DNA from: Octopus vulgaris
Taxonomy: Eukaryota
Assembly (NCBI GenBank): GCA_951406725.2
Contig: OX597814.1
Location: forward strand, 31,186,001-31,250,000
Direction of reading: 5' to 3'
DNA: 64,000 nucleotides
The stretch's first letter is position 1. Each line of letters begins with the position of its first letter. The position numbers and the translations under genes are program-made. The notes under the pieces are model-generated. The model worked only from the letters and a program-made list of their open reading frames with translations, ran no database searches and was not told the origin of the DNA. This document shows positions 12,421 to 25,443 of this stretch, piece by piece.

Positions 12421-12918
12421 ATATAGGAATAATATATATTTTTTCTCATGCCATCTCTAGAAAACATAATGGTGTTTAAGAGAGTTGCAAAGATGCTGTG
12501 TGTGTGCATAACTGATCCTGTGTGCAATGATAAAAGAAAGGTCAATAAATATCACCAGTTTTGATGTTATTATTCGGATTGACTCTTACTAAAACATTTT
12601 TCGTACGTACAATTAGAATGGATTCTAATTGCAAATACTTTCTCCTTATTACGTCAAGGAAGGGTTTTATTTGAAGTAGTTTTATCTTCGAAATAAAACA
12701 TAGATGATGATATAGGAATTTTATTTTAATTCTAAAATCAATCTGTATAATGTATCGCTTGGGATATTTAGTGGAGCTAATTTAAAAATTACCTTAAAAC
12801 AAACTATGTTGTAGATAGTACACGACTAGGAAATTTGGAATCAACTGCCTATACATCGTGTAATTTAACATCCTATTGGGTACAAATGCACACAACAAAT
12901 ATATCCATACGTACATCG

Positions 12919-13000
<82 letters not shown>

Positions 13001-14520
13001 ATCTATCCATCCATCCCTCTGTCTGTCTGTCTTTCTGTCTGTTTCTCTCTCTCTCTCTCTATCTATCTGTCTGTCTATCTCTATGTCTCCATATATGTGT
13101 GTGTTTGTCTGTATGCCTCCATATATGTGTATGTATACGAAGACACGTCTGTATCTATGTGTTTTTCTTTTCCAGATTAAATAATTATAATAATATTCCT
13201 GTCTGACGCCCCTTGCACAAAAACGCAGAGACATTTACACACAGACTGGTCACAGAATTATACTCGGGCACTAGTGTTTCCTTACGAGTAGGACCCCAAA
13301 AGTCCTATACGCAAATATGTAAGCATGCATAACTTTTGATCCAGTGGGCTCGATGCTGTTAGATAATTTACTGGCATGTTAGAAACCTGTGCATTATATC
13401 ACTTACTAAGTATCACTACCTAAACAAATCGAAATAATCATTCTGATAGTATAAAAGAATTTCAGAAATAAAACAATTTCCCTCGTAAGAGTTAAGAAAT
13501 CATTATATACTTCCACTTTATCAAAGTAATCTATATATTTAAACTTTAGCCTAAGCCCTCAGAATTCTGCAGTCTTTGTTTGTTTCACTGTTAGGAAGCT
13601 ATTCATGTTTTATTATCTTTAGCGAATAGTATTGATTCAGTAACGCTCTTGAATCTTTAGATCTTATTTCTCTGCAAGCAATATCAATAGATATCCTTCA
13701 GGCTAGTTTCGTAGCCAATATCCTGTCATTTGATGCGAAGAGGGTAGTGAGTGGACATTATAATATATAATGTGTCTTTCTCCTTTTGATCTCAATAAAT
13801 TTGGTTGCCTCTGGCTATAGGTTTTAACCAATAGAGTCGATTCATCCACTTTGATTTTGACTTCAGTTTTAACCTCTAGTTACTTCCTTAATCTAATTCT
13901 CAATGTGCCAAATATATTGTTCACCTTTGTTACGTTATGTACTAAACATCAATTTCAAGCTATTCTGACGAAATCATCAATAATATGTAATGTTATCAAA
14001 TGTTTTTGAAGTTGAATTTCGTACAGCGTAATCCTGAAGATATATCATGATGTTACGCACACACACAGACACACACACACACACACTCACACACATATAG
14101 ACACACAGAGACGCACACACACACACGCATATATATGTATATACGTGTATATACGTACATATATATATATATACATATGTATGCATGCATACATGATGCA
14201 TGAGAAAATTTAATTTCTATTTAGCCATGCCTCTGGCAAGTGAAGATGGAGATACGAATGCTTTGTGCAGCAATCTAAAGGAACCCCACTAGAAATCAGA
14301 AACTGAAAAACGAAAAGAAAAAAAAAACATGTTCAGATAAAGATAAAGTGTAGCAAGCTGGAAACAAGAATCCGTTAAAATGCATCACAAAATTGTCTTG
14401 AAAGACATATATACGTACATCCCTATATTGGCTTCTGACAATAGACTGCGGTCATATACTTACATGCATATATACATAGATACATAGATACATATATACA
14501 TACATACATACATACATACA

Positions 14521-14568
<48 letters not shown>

Positions 14569-14579
14569 CATATGTATAT

Positions 14580-14651
<72 letters not shown>

Positions 14652-14684
14652 ATATATATATGTATTTATATATGTATGCGTATG

Positions 14685-14727
<43 letters not shown>

Positions 14728-15110
14728 ATATATGTGTGTGAATGTGTTTCTGTGTGAGTGTGTGTTTGTGTGCGTGTATGTGTATATATATATATATATA
14801 TATGTGTGTGTGCGTGTGTGTATACACATATTTTCATATATATACATGTACATTTATACATATATATATATGTGTATGTGTGTGCGTGTATATCTCTCAT
14901 TTTATCTCCCTTGCCCCATATATGTATCTATCTATCTGTCTGTCTGTGTATATATTTATAAAGTCTATCGCTGACTATTGTGCACTTAGTAAATTGTGGA
15001 ACCCAGAATTAGTTGGAAAAGTAAAACAGTTACGACATGGAATCATTCGCATGTTGCAATCTAGGATAGAAGTAGATAGATAGACAGGGAGAGAGAGAGA
15101 GAAAGAAAGA

Positions 15111-15149
<39 letters not shown>

Positions 15150-16207
15150 CATATGACTGTTACTCATGGCACCCATATCGCCTCACTCGTCCAGACATAC
15201 ACACGTTTATGTATATAAATATATGTATATATTTGTGCGTGCATGTGTGTTTGTGTGCTAGTGGTATCTGTTTGTTTTGTGAGTGCGTGTGTCTAGGAAC
15301 GAAATCAAAGTGGCATTCACAGTGTGTTTTTCATTCTACCGAGCAATCATTTCGTGTTTCTTTTTTGATGGGAAGGGATGGAGTGGGGGTGGGGAAACAG
15401 TTCTCTTTAAAACGTTTTTCTTACCTACATTATCCTTTGAAGTTCCTGAGCACACTATCAGTGAGTTTTTCTGGAATCATTAAGTGTTTCTGGTTTCTCA
15501 ACATCAGACACCCTCTCCCAAGCGACCATCTGGTACTGACCAAGACCTAGCCAGTGTCCGTTTCGCGCTATCCCTGATATCTATTTCTTTATTGCCCACC
15601 ACTGCCTCTTCCAGATTCTGCACATCCTGATCCCCATTCACCATAAGGCAATCTCCACTGCCACCACAGGCAACCTAATGACCTCCCGCCTGCTGATCCC
15701 TGTGAAACTTTGAAGGAAGTAAGCTCTGCATAGGGACAGACCTGCAAATACTACATCCTATTTTGAAAGATTTATCGTATAATTCATTCTCGAAGAAATT
15801 TTCAACGTAAGCGAAATGCGTATGTTTTAACTCGGAATTGAAACCATATGGCAATCTTAGATTCTTGAGATCTTACCTTTTGCCCTTCAGCGTTCGTCAC
15901 TGCATCGGCCAATATATTAACAACTAAGATAAAAAATAGAAAGAATTATATTAATGTATAGGTATTACAGTTAAAAATTCACAAGTTTTATTCAGTACGG
16001 ACTCATGATTAGTCGGAAACAAAGATTCGAAGTCGTGCGAAAACAAGAAGTACCAGATTCCGGGTTAATTTTTGATATTTCCGTTCTTTCAACGCAAACA
16101 GCCATTCGATAATGTGTCTGATTTACGGGCAGTAACACTTGCATTAATATACCACGAATGGCATGATTTACTACATAATTATTCTGACAAACAAATCATA
16201 AATGCTA

Positions 16208-16214
16208 AATATTA

Positions 16215-16245
<31 letters not shown>

Positions 16246-16293
16246 TGATAGTAATTATTAGTAATATTAATAGCAACAACAGCAATAACAGTG

Positions 16294-16354
<61 letters not shown>

Positions 16355-16412
16355 CATTAATAATATTAATAATAATAATAACAACAACATTAATAGTAAT
16401 AATGTTAATAAC

Positions 16413-16443
<31 letters not shown>

Positions 16444-16445
16444 AT

Positions 16446-16516
<71 letters not shown>
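16208..16516. repeat. (AAT)n microsatellite switching to (ATT)n
   Basis: Directly visible; orientation flips at ~16483. Other long (AAT)/(ATT) arrays at 35915-36006, 39723-39798, 58110-58440 and 63172-63560. Confidence 0.95.
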
Positions 16517-16517
<1 letters not shown>

Positions 16518-16905
16518 AATGAACTCTGGTAATTGTTAAAAGAAATCAGGTGCAATTGATAATAACATGATACACGTGATTGATAAAAAATACAGAAAAA
16601 GACAACAGCAAATGACAATGATCAAAGTAATTATGAAAAAAGGAGAAATGATTTCAATAGCAGGGCAGTTTCGTTATCTAAGATAAGAGAAAACCAGACT
16701 AAAATAGTACTTGTATTGCTTAAGTTTTCTTACTTTTCGTATATTGTTCAGTTTCACGTCAGCTTTGATCAAGGTGATTTATAATCAAAGGCAGGCCTGT
16801 CGTGATCATCACTCTTTTATATCTATCGAGAGAATAGAGGGTTACATTTTCCAATATTACCTTTCTCTTTAAATATGGTTGGGCGTCTGATATAAAGGGT
16901 GATAT

Positions 16906-17295
16906 GGGATGGAAGCAATCCGTCGGTTACGACGATGAGGGTTCCGGTTGATCCGAATCAACGGAACAGCCTGCTCGTGAAATTAACGTGTAAGTGGCTG
17001 AGCACTCCACAGACACGTGCACCCTTAACGTAGTTCTCGGGGATATTCAGCGTGACACAGAGAGTGACAAGGCCGGTCCCTTGAAATACAGGTACAACAG
17101 AAACAGGAAATAAGAGTGAGAGAAAGTTGTGGTGAAAGAGTACAGCAGGGATCACCACCATCCCCTGCCGGAGCCTCGTGGAGCTTTTAGGTGTTTTCGC
17201 TCAATAAACACTCACAACGCCCGGTCTGGGAATCGAAACCGCGATCCTATGTCCACGAGTCCGCTGCCCTAACCATTGGGCCATTGCGCCTCCAC
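16906..17295 (-). mobile_element. SINE family B (tRNA head Y1 + tail X)
   Basis: Minus-strand head gtggaggcgcaatggcccaatggttagggcagcggact..ggtttcgattccc (A and B boxes); near-identical to the 28925 copy; TSD aagggtgatat at 16895-16905 and 17296-17306. Confidence 0.92.
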
Positions 17296-17612
17296 AAGGG
17301 TGATATAAAGGGTGCCACGTTAAGTAGCTTGAACGACCAGATAGCGACTCTACTCTTCTACTCAAATGGTGAATCGTGAGTGTTGTATTTAATCCATTTA
17401 TAATCTAATGACGTAAGTACCAATCTTGCACATAGTTTGGTTCAATTGAGAATATGTTTATGGAAAAGGTCGTATCATCGTCTGCGGAATTCGGACGCCA
17501 CGTCTGCTGCAAAAGTATAACTGTACTAATCACTATAATGGAGCGACGTCACAGTACTTGACCGCCAAAATATAGTACGTAAACTAAGTATCTACAATGA
17601 ATTAGTAACCCA

Positions 17613-18785
17613 GGATCTTTTCATTTCCAAGGCCTGTTTTGTCAGATTTTTCTAGTTAACTAAATAATTTGAAACTTCGTATACTGGTAGAGCTTCTCAA
17701 AAGATAACACTAGTTTCAACTTGTTTATTTGAGAAAAATGTATTTTATAATTTTAAGGGTAGATTAAATCTGCGAATTTTAACCAATCGTATTGTTTGTT
17801 TTCATTTGAAATAATTAACTGCATTATCTTAGTGTGACGTAGAAAGCTATTTTGTGACGTAGACAGCTGTGCGTAGGTCCGTGTTTAGTGTGCGTGTGTG
17901 TGTGTTTGATGGGGTGTGGGAGACAGAAAGTATGTTGTGTAAGTGAAGTACTTCTGTTAGTGTGTGTGAAGAGGCAGAGAGAGTAATGTGTGAAAGAGAG
18001 AGATAACTGAAATTTTTTACTCGGTGTATGTGTATATGTATGTATGCATGTATGTGTGTGTGTGTGTATGTATCTATGTATGTGTGTGTATGTATGTGTG
18101 TGTGTGTATGTATGTATGGCCGATTCAGTGTTTACATTATTTCGAGTTAAAACGAAAAGTTACCAAAATAAATTTTGTCTATATCTTCGATCACTGTCAT
18201 TATTCCATTGAGTCAACCTCATTATTTTCTACATAGCAAAGATAATCTTTCGTTTTAACTCGAAATAATGTAAACACTGAATCGGCCATACATACATACA
18301 CACACACACACACATACATACACATACGAAAGATTGCCAAAGATAAAAAGCTACAAAAATAAAAGTTACACGAATAAAGTAAGGAATAAAAATCACAAAA
18401 AATATACGAAAATTTACAAAAACTAAGTTAGTTATATAATATATAAATTTAATATATAAGTTAGTTAATAATATATAAAAAAATGTGAATAGAAACTGAA
18501 GGAATACGGTAACCGGGTGTTTACATTTCACGTATGTTAAATACGTCAGCAAAATAGCCGTTTACGTCTATTGAGACGGAGTAAATAATATGAAGCCGAA
18601 AGACCGAATACTATTGGTTAAAATTCTAATTATTAAACAACATTAAACTTTGAAATTACAATTCCGTTTTCATTCTGGTTTACAATTATGTTTTCTTTTG
18701 ACAAATTCTACCAGTATACGAAGTTTCAAATTGTTTGGTTAAGTATGAAAAATCTGAAAAACAGGCCTTGGAAATGAAAAGATCC
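17613..18785. mobile_element. Non-autonomous DNA transposon (MITE) with GG..CC termini, long TIRs and 8-bp TSD; Merlin-like
   Basis: Left TIR ggatcttttcatttccaaggcctgtttt..aatttgaaacttcgtatactggtaga is mirrored at ~18707-18785; TSD gtaaccca at 17605-17612 and 18786-18793. The superfamily is inferred from termini and TSD length only. Confidence 0.8.
18117..18288. repeat. Internal inverted repeat (possible nested TA-target MITE)
   Basis: tggccgattcagtgtttacattatttcgagttaaaacgaaa (from 18117) and its reverse complement ending at 18288; both flanked by TA. The ORF track shows VWPIQCLHYFELKRK on both strands. Confidence 0.85.
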
Positions 18786-18799
18786 GTAACCCATCTATC

Positions 18800-18918
<119 letters not shown>

Positions 18919-19137
18919 TCCTTTTCCTTTTCTTCCTTTTTATTTTTATTTTTATTTTTTTTAAATTTAATTTTTTTTTGTTTTTTCCTTCCCTTTTACG
19001 ATCCCTCTTGATTGAAAACCTACGCCAACCCTTTTTTTTGTTTCTTTTGTTTTTTGTTTTTTTCATCCCCCAAAAGAAAAGCTCTACCTTGTAACTTGTC
19101 CCATCTGTGTGCAGCCCTGTGTGGCCAATAAAGAAAC

Positions 19138-19196
<59 letters not shown>

Positions 19197-20198
19197 CCTA
19201 TCTATATATCTATCTATCTATCTGTCAGTCTCTCTGTCTATCTCTATCTCTCTATATATGTACATGTGTGTGTGTGTGTGCATGTGTGTGTGTGAGTGTG
19301 TGTGTGTGTGTATGTGTAACGAGAACTTTGGGTGGAGATTTAATAATCCGTTAATGCACTGTTACGTAACTTTTCAAAAACCAGACGTTTTGTTGTTGCA
19401 TTGCTCATCCATAGGATATTACAATAAAAAAAATCCTTCCTGGTAGTGGAATAGACAAACGCTAACTATGGCCTTGCTTTTTGCTTTTTGAGCCAAAAAA
19501 TTAACTAACTAACTAACTAACGTTAGTATCAAACAAAACAGTAGAATGAGATAAACAATAGAGACCATATATATTGAAAAAGATTTATTACAAGGAAATT
19601 CTAGCATAACGGAGCATAAATATCAAGGGCCAGAACATAAATCATGTACACGTCAGTGTTTTCATTAAAAATAATACTAGACAAATATGCTCGCTATACG
19701 GAAAAATAAAACTAACAACGAATGTAGATTAGCATCACTAATAAATGGCACACTTATTTAAGCAATAACTTTGACAGAACAGCAGGGGACCATGTGAAAT
19801 ACTTGACGATACCTAGGTAATTCCATTCTCCGCCTTAACTGACGCCAGACTAGAAATCACGAACTGATAACATGTAAAGAAAATGTTTTTCCTTCTCCTA
19901 CAGCTTGTAAAAATCATTAATATAAACCCCTGCCAGGATCGGAGTTCAATCTTCCCCACTCACAGCGCATAAACACTGAAATCAAAACAAAGAAATTCAT
20001 TCTCTCTTCTTATATTATATATTTCTTCTCTACCTTTTCTTCTTCCTATCCACAAACGCCTACTTTCATAAATCTAAATACAAAGTAAAACTACCTACAC
20101 CCACCCATATTGCAGATCATTTATGTAATATCCTATGGATAAGGAATGCAACAACAAAGCATGTGATTAGTGGAAACATATGTAGCAATGTATTATAA

Positions 20199-20359
20199 TG
20201 GCTCTGTGGTAAGTAGCTTGCTTACCAACTGCACGGTTCCGGGTTCAGGCCCACTGCGTGGCTCCTTGGACGAGTGTCTCCGATTATAGCCTCGAGCCGA
20301 CCAAAGCCTTGTGAGTGGATTTGGTAGACGGAAACTGAAAGAAGCCCGTCGTATATATG

Positions 20360-20436
<77 letters not shown>

Positions 20437-20698
20437 GTATATATGTATGTATGTATGAATGTATGTATGTATGTGTATATGTTTGTGTGTCTGTGTTTGT
20501 CCCCCAACATCGCTTGACAACCGATGGTGGTGTTTACGTCTCCGTAGCCTAGTGGTTCGGCAAAACGAGACCGATAGAAAAGTACTGGGCTTCCAAAGAA
20601 TAAGTTCTGGGGTCGATTGCTCGACTAAAGGCGCTGCTCCAGCATGGCCGCAGTCAAATGACTGAAACAAGTAAAAGAGAAAAAAGAGATAAAAGAAA
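20199..20698 (+). mobile_element. SINE family D with internal (TA)/(TATG) microsatellite
   Basis: Head tggc..tggtaagtagcttgc..gggttcag, body ending aagcccgtcg, microsatellite, then 3' part ending gactgaaacaagtaaaagag; matches 29774 and 31738. Confidence 0.9.
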
Positions 20699-21370
20699 GT
20701 TCATGAATTTCTAACCAAAGTTCTCGTTATTCATATACTCATCCTACGCTATAGTGGCAGCCATCCAGTAAAATTCCACTGGAAGATGGGAATAATAAGC
20801 GGTAGCCAATATATATAGCATAGGAGCTTTTTATGAGCACATTCAAAAACTTCACGCATAAATGAATTTAAAGGATCAGCATTCTGCCATTGATAAGACA
20901 AAAGAAACAATGTAAATATTTTGCGTTCCATTATTGATGTGAATATGTTAAAGAAATTATTTTTTCATTATGTTTGAAATCTATGCGGTTATCTGATAAG
21001 AACGGCTTCTTTCAAATGATGTTTTCATTAATCACTTAAAGGAGTCGCTTGAAACAGCCGTACTAAATTGACACCTGTACATCTTTGATATTCATTTATA
21101 TTTTGTTCACTTAACTTGGAATCTGCACTTCGGATATATTATAGAAAATACCTTTATAAGAAGTACATGAATGATTACCAAGGGCGGATATCTTAGCTGG
21201 GTTGCGTTGTGTGCACATACAACAGGAATATCAGGTACAAATACCCCTGTACGTTGCTTTGATAGTCAATATTCAATTAATATTGCTTGGGTGTGCGGAT
21301 TATACCGACCTAGCAAGGTGCCTCAATATAAGTACCTAATTTAACGGAATCTTAATTATACACACACGCG

Positions 21371-21402
<32 letters not shown>

Positions 21403-21899
21403 CACACACACATACACACACATATATGTATGTATGTAGAGAGTGTGAGTGCGGATGATAGTGAGAGAGCGAGAAAATACATATATACATATATTATTTG
21501 ATTAATCGATGGGGATATATATGTTATATATGCTTATATTATATATAATCCGATCAATCAATCAATCGATCAGTCTCTCTCTGTCTATCTATCTCTCTAT
21601 TTATCGATCGATCGATCGAGCGATCTACCTATCTTTTATCTTTTTTATCATTGCATTGCGGCCAAACTGCAGCATCGCCTTCATACTTATCCTATCGGTC
21701 TTTTGCATGAATCTATGTTATGTGAAAGTAAACAAACGAACACCGGTTTTCAACTGTAGTGGGCACAAACACAAAGACACACATACACCCCACACACTCA
21801 AACACACTTGCGCGCGCACACACACAAGCACAAACACACACACACATTCAGATATAGGTATATATGTATATATACACAAGACTATATCCATTAACGACA

Positions 21900-22620
21900 G
21901 AACCAAAATGAAAAAAATGTGGTCGACCTAACTGTGGTACATGCCCCCACCTTTTGGTGGGTGAAATAATTAAGATTAAATCAAATTTCACCTATGCCTC
22001 GGAAAATATAATATATGCCTTTACATGCTTAGGGTGTGGTAATAATTATATTGGCCAAACAGGAATATCACTCCGTCGAAGAACCACTCTTCACATAGAA
22101 CAAATCCGCCATCCACAATACAGACAGACACAGGACAGGGAACACAGAGAAAGGTGTGCTAGGAATCTTAATCCTAATTTCCTAATTTTCCCCTTCTATT
22201 AATGTTCACAGAGCATCTCAGTACAACAAAGAATGAATAAAGCGGCAACTTTCATCAATAAATATCTTTCACAACTCAATCTGAACACATAACGTAATAC
22301 AGAACACTACTAAACTTTCAATTAATACCACTAACCCCAATACACCCCATACACCATTCACATTACAGATCTATATCTGCCCTAATCAAGAACTACTTAC
22401 CTCCCTTACACATAACTTTTTACTCAAGGACTAGTAGAGCTGACACCGTTCAATAATCGGTGTGCATTCAAAGCAATGATTAGTTATTTTACGAAATCGG
22501 TATGCTTTTGAATCTTCTTTCTCAGACCCACCTTCTTGGCAGCACCTGTTTCCCTCTTCTTCGTTTTCTTCATCTACCGCCTGATCATCCACCTACACAT
22601 TTCTTCACCGCCATCATGGA
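21900..22620 (+). mobile_element. Penelope-like element 3' remnant: GIY-YIG endonuclease + pseudo-LTR
   Basis: RPNCGTCPHL zinc-linker motif just upstream. ORF 21954-22202 NFTYASENIIYAFTCLGCGNNYIGQTGISLRRRTTLH is a GIY-YIG signature. A hammerhead-like motif follows downstream. Confidence 0.85.
22467..22512 (+). ncRNA. Degenerate minimal hammerhead ribozyme in Penelope pseudo-LTR
   Basis: Stem I ttcaaagca (22467-75) / tgcttttgaa (22503-12); core atgatta (CTGATGA with 2 changes); stem II gt-tatttt-ac; GAAAT (for GAAAC); CG; GTA triplet. It lies at the expected position 3' of the GIY-YIG ORF. Confidence 0.6.
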
Positions 22621-22789
22621 TACTACACACGCACACGCTTACACACACACACTCACACACATAGGCACGCTTTTGGGTAAGAGTATAAGAACTGCACCCC
22701 CCTCTGCCAAGCCATATATATATGTAAATGTATGTATGTATGTATGTGTGTATAGATAGTTATATTTCTATATATGTTTGTGTGAACAT

Positions 22790-22990
22790 TTCTATCTTTT
22801 ATGTTTTACTTGTTTCACTGATTAGACTGCGGTCATACTGGGGCAACGCCTTGGAGTATTTTTAGTCGAATGAATCAACCCCAGTACTGTTTTTATGCCT
22901 GGTACTTATCCTATCGGTGACTTTACTGAACTGCTAAGTTAAACGCACCAGCACTGGTTGACAAGCAGTGGTGGTGAAGAAACACAGTCA
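22790..22990 (-). mobile_element. Diverged SINE family D 3' half
   Basis: ttttacttgtttca..gactgcgg..tagtcga..ccagtact..ctatcggt matches the reverse complement of the D tail. Another partial copy at ~21630-21785. Confidence 0.7.
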
Positions 22991-23001
22991 CAATGACACA
23001 A

Positions 23002-23055
<54 letters not shown>

Positions 23056-23838
23056 TGCACACTCACATACACGTATACGCTCACACACACACACATAATT
23101 TTTACATTAAAAATGTAATCTGGAAAACCATAGGCAAGAATGCGGTTTAAGATGTGTACATACATCTCAATATACCTTTAAGATGTTTAAGTAAATGTTA
23201 CACAAACTACTGGAATTAGAATAAGAATTAAGTGAATTAAAAAACTAATAATTAACTGGAATTAAGTGGACTTCAAAAATAAAGCTAAGAATTGAAGAGT
23301 AAGACTTCGTTTAATAAAATTAACTATAAGCAGGATATATAAATTAATATGATATAAAAAGGAAATGATAAAACTATAGATTAATAACTAAAAATATAAT
23401 AAATAATAAATCAGAAATGTATTGAATACATCAAAAAATAAGAATACTCTTCTAAATTTGTAGAATGTTAGCTGGACTATAATACTAAGGTACCCATAAA
23501 AACCATGATCTTTTTAAAGACCAAACCCATCAATAAATACCTAACTGGCCGAGGTAATTTTCATGTCACGAGGAAATATAGTTATTTATAGCAACACCAT
23601 CATTTCCTTAAACACTCCTATTCAGTCAGTCTACAAGTTCTCTTCAGATGACCTTCGAACGGCAGCAAACAACAGAACCTCAAAATGCTGCACCGACAAT
23701 TAATACCAAGATACACACATAACAGTGGGGCATCGGTGGCATCCGTAACATGCTTAAGTCCAAGGGAAGAATGCTGCAATAACTGTATTATAAAATGCGG
23801 ATGTGTAAATCTCCGTTCTTCTGAACTATGTTAATTTC

Positions 23839-23874
<36 letters not shown>

Positions 23875-23900
23875 TGAATGCATATATTTATATTTATATA

Positions 23901-24016
23901 AGTACGTAGGCTCGAAACGTTAAAGACTTTTTCACTTCTCGAGCGTTAAACTAATTCATCTGTTTATTGTCTACACCACTTGTCTTCGTCTTTTGTTTTT
24001 TTTGTGAATTCTCGCT
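23901..24016 (+). mobile_element. Probable Penelope-type pseudo-LTR fragment retaining only the 3' half of a hammerhead
   Basis: gctcGAAACGTTaaa matches the ctcGAAACGTTaaa half of the 34612 motif; followed by gagcgt..aa.ta..ca in both; flanked by (TA)-rich tracts. The CUGANGA box is absent. Confidence 0.45.
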
Positions 24017-24078
24017 ATGTATATGTATATACGCATGTATGTGTATATATATATGTATGTGTGTGTGTGTGTGTGTGC

Positions 24079-24128
<50 letters not shown>

Positions 24129-24994
24129 TTATATGTATACGTGTGACATGATAAACAAAAGCAGACAAATAGCAGACAAAAAATTGGTAGGAGTGACATA
24201 TATAATTTTAATTACTATTTAACACAGTTATACCTAATTGAAGTTTTGTAGGCGCGTAGAACCTCCACCTCATTAGATGCTACTGGCATCATCCTTGCAT
24301 TTGCCAGCATGCAAATCTCGTGTGTGTCACAGTCGAAATGGTATATATTTATATGAACAGATATAGATATGCATGGATAATACGCAAACATGCTATTTAC
24401 TATTTTTAAAAAATATTTTCATTTGTTGTTTAATCTTGAATGCAACACCAGTGAATTTTATTCAGGAAAGAATCAATTTCTTTCATTTTCAATTCCAGAC
24501 ATCAACTTGCAACAAAATATTGACAATTTCCGGTCAAATATTTGTTTGTCTATGATGATCGTAAAACTTGTTTTGACGACTACCAGTACTTCCTTTATTC
24601 TGTTTTATTGTGATTGCTTTAGACTACACTCAATAATCTTGTGTTCTCCTTTATAATAGAGATAAAGTATATAAAAACACTATTGCTTGTAAGCTATTAA
24701 ATTTCACTTATTGAAATGAATAGTGTCCATCATATAACGTATTTCCTCTCATATTTAAGCATTTTTTTGCCTCATATCAAAGATGTGGTCTAACACTGGA
24801 AGCACATGTTTCAAATTACAGAAAAATTGAAGCCAAATAATAAATATAAATAAAAAAATCAAAATTGTTTCTCACAAAAGCAATTCATATCGGAGCTGCA
24901 GTTCTTTCAATATATATTTTTTTTTAAATGTTATGTCTTTATTTTATAGCTTGTTTTAAGAAGATGAATATATAATATAGTATCATATAATATA

Positions 24995-25039
<45 letters not shown>

Positions 25040-25103
25040 TATGATATATATATATATATATATGTATATGTATATATATATATCATATATATATATATTT
25101 ATA

Positions 25104-25143
<40 letters not shown>

Positions 25144-25300
25144 GGTATGTGTATGTGCGCGTGCGTATACATGTGTACCTCTATGTATGTGCATATATAT
25201 GTGTGCATGTATGTGTATGTGTATGTGTACTCGTAGATATAATTGCGCGAGAAAATTCGTTTGCATTTGAAAATATTCATATATTCATCCACAGTTATAC

Positions 25301-25338
<38 letters not shown>

Positions 25339-25372
25339 GTAAGTATATGGATCTATATACTTACGTATGTAA

Positions 25373-25443
<71 letters not shown>

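Noticed and set aside
17215-17295. tRNA-like sequences with A and B boxes (also at ~6540-6614, 29235-29314, 51790-51866, 61555-61634)
   Set aside because: These are SINE heads: fused to repeat bodies and enclosed by TSDs, so not tRNA genes.
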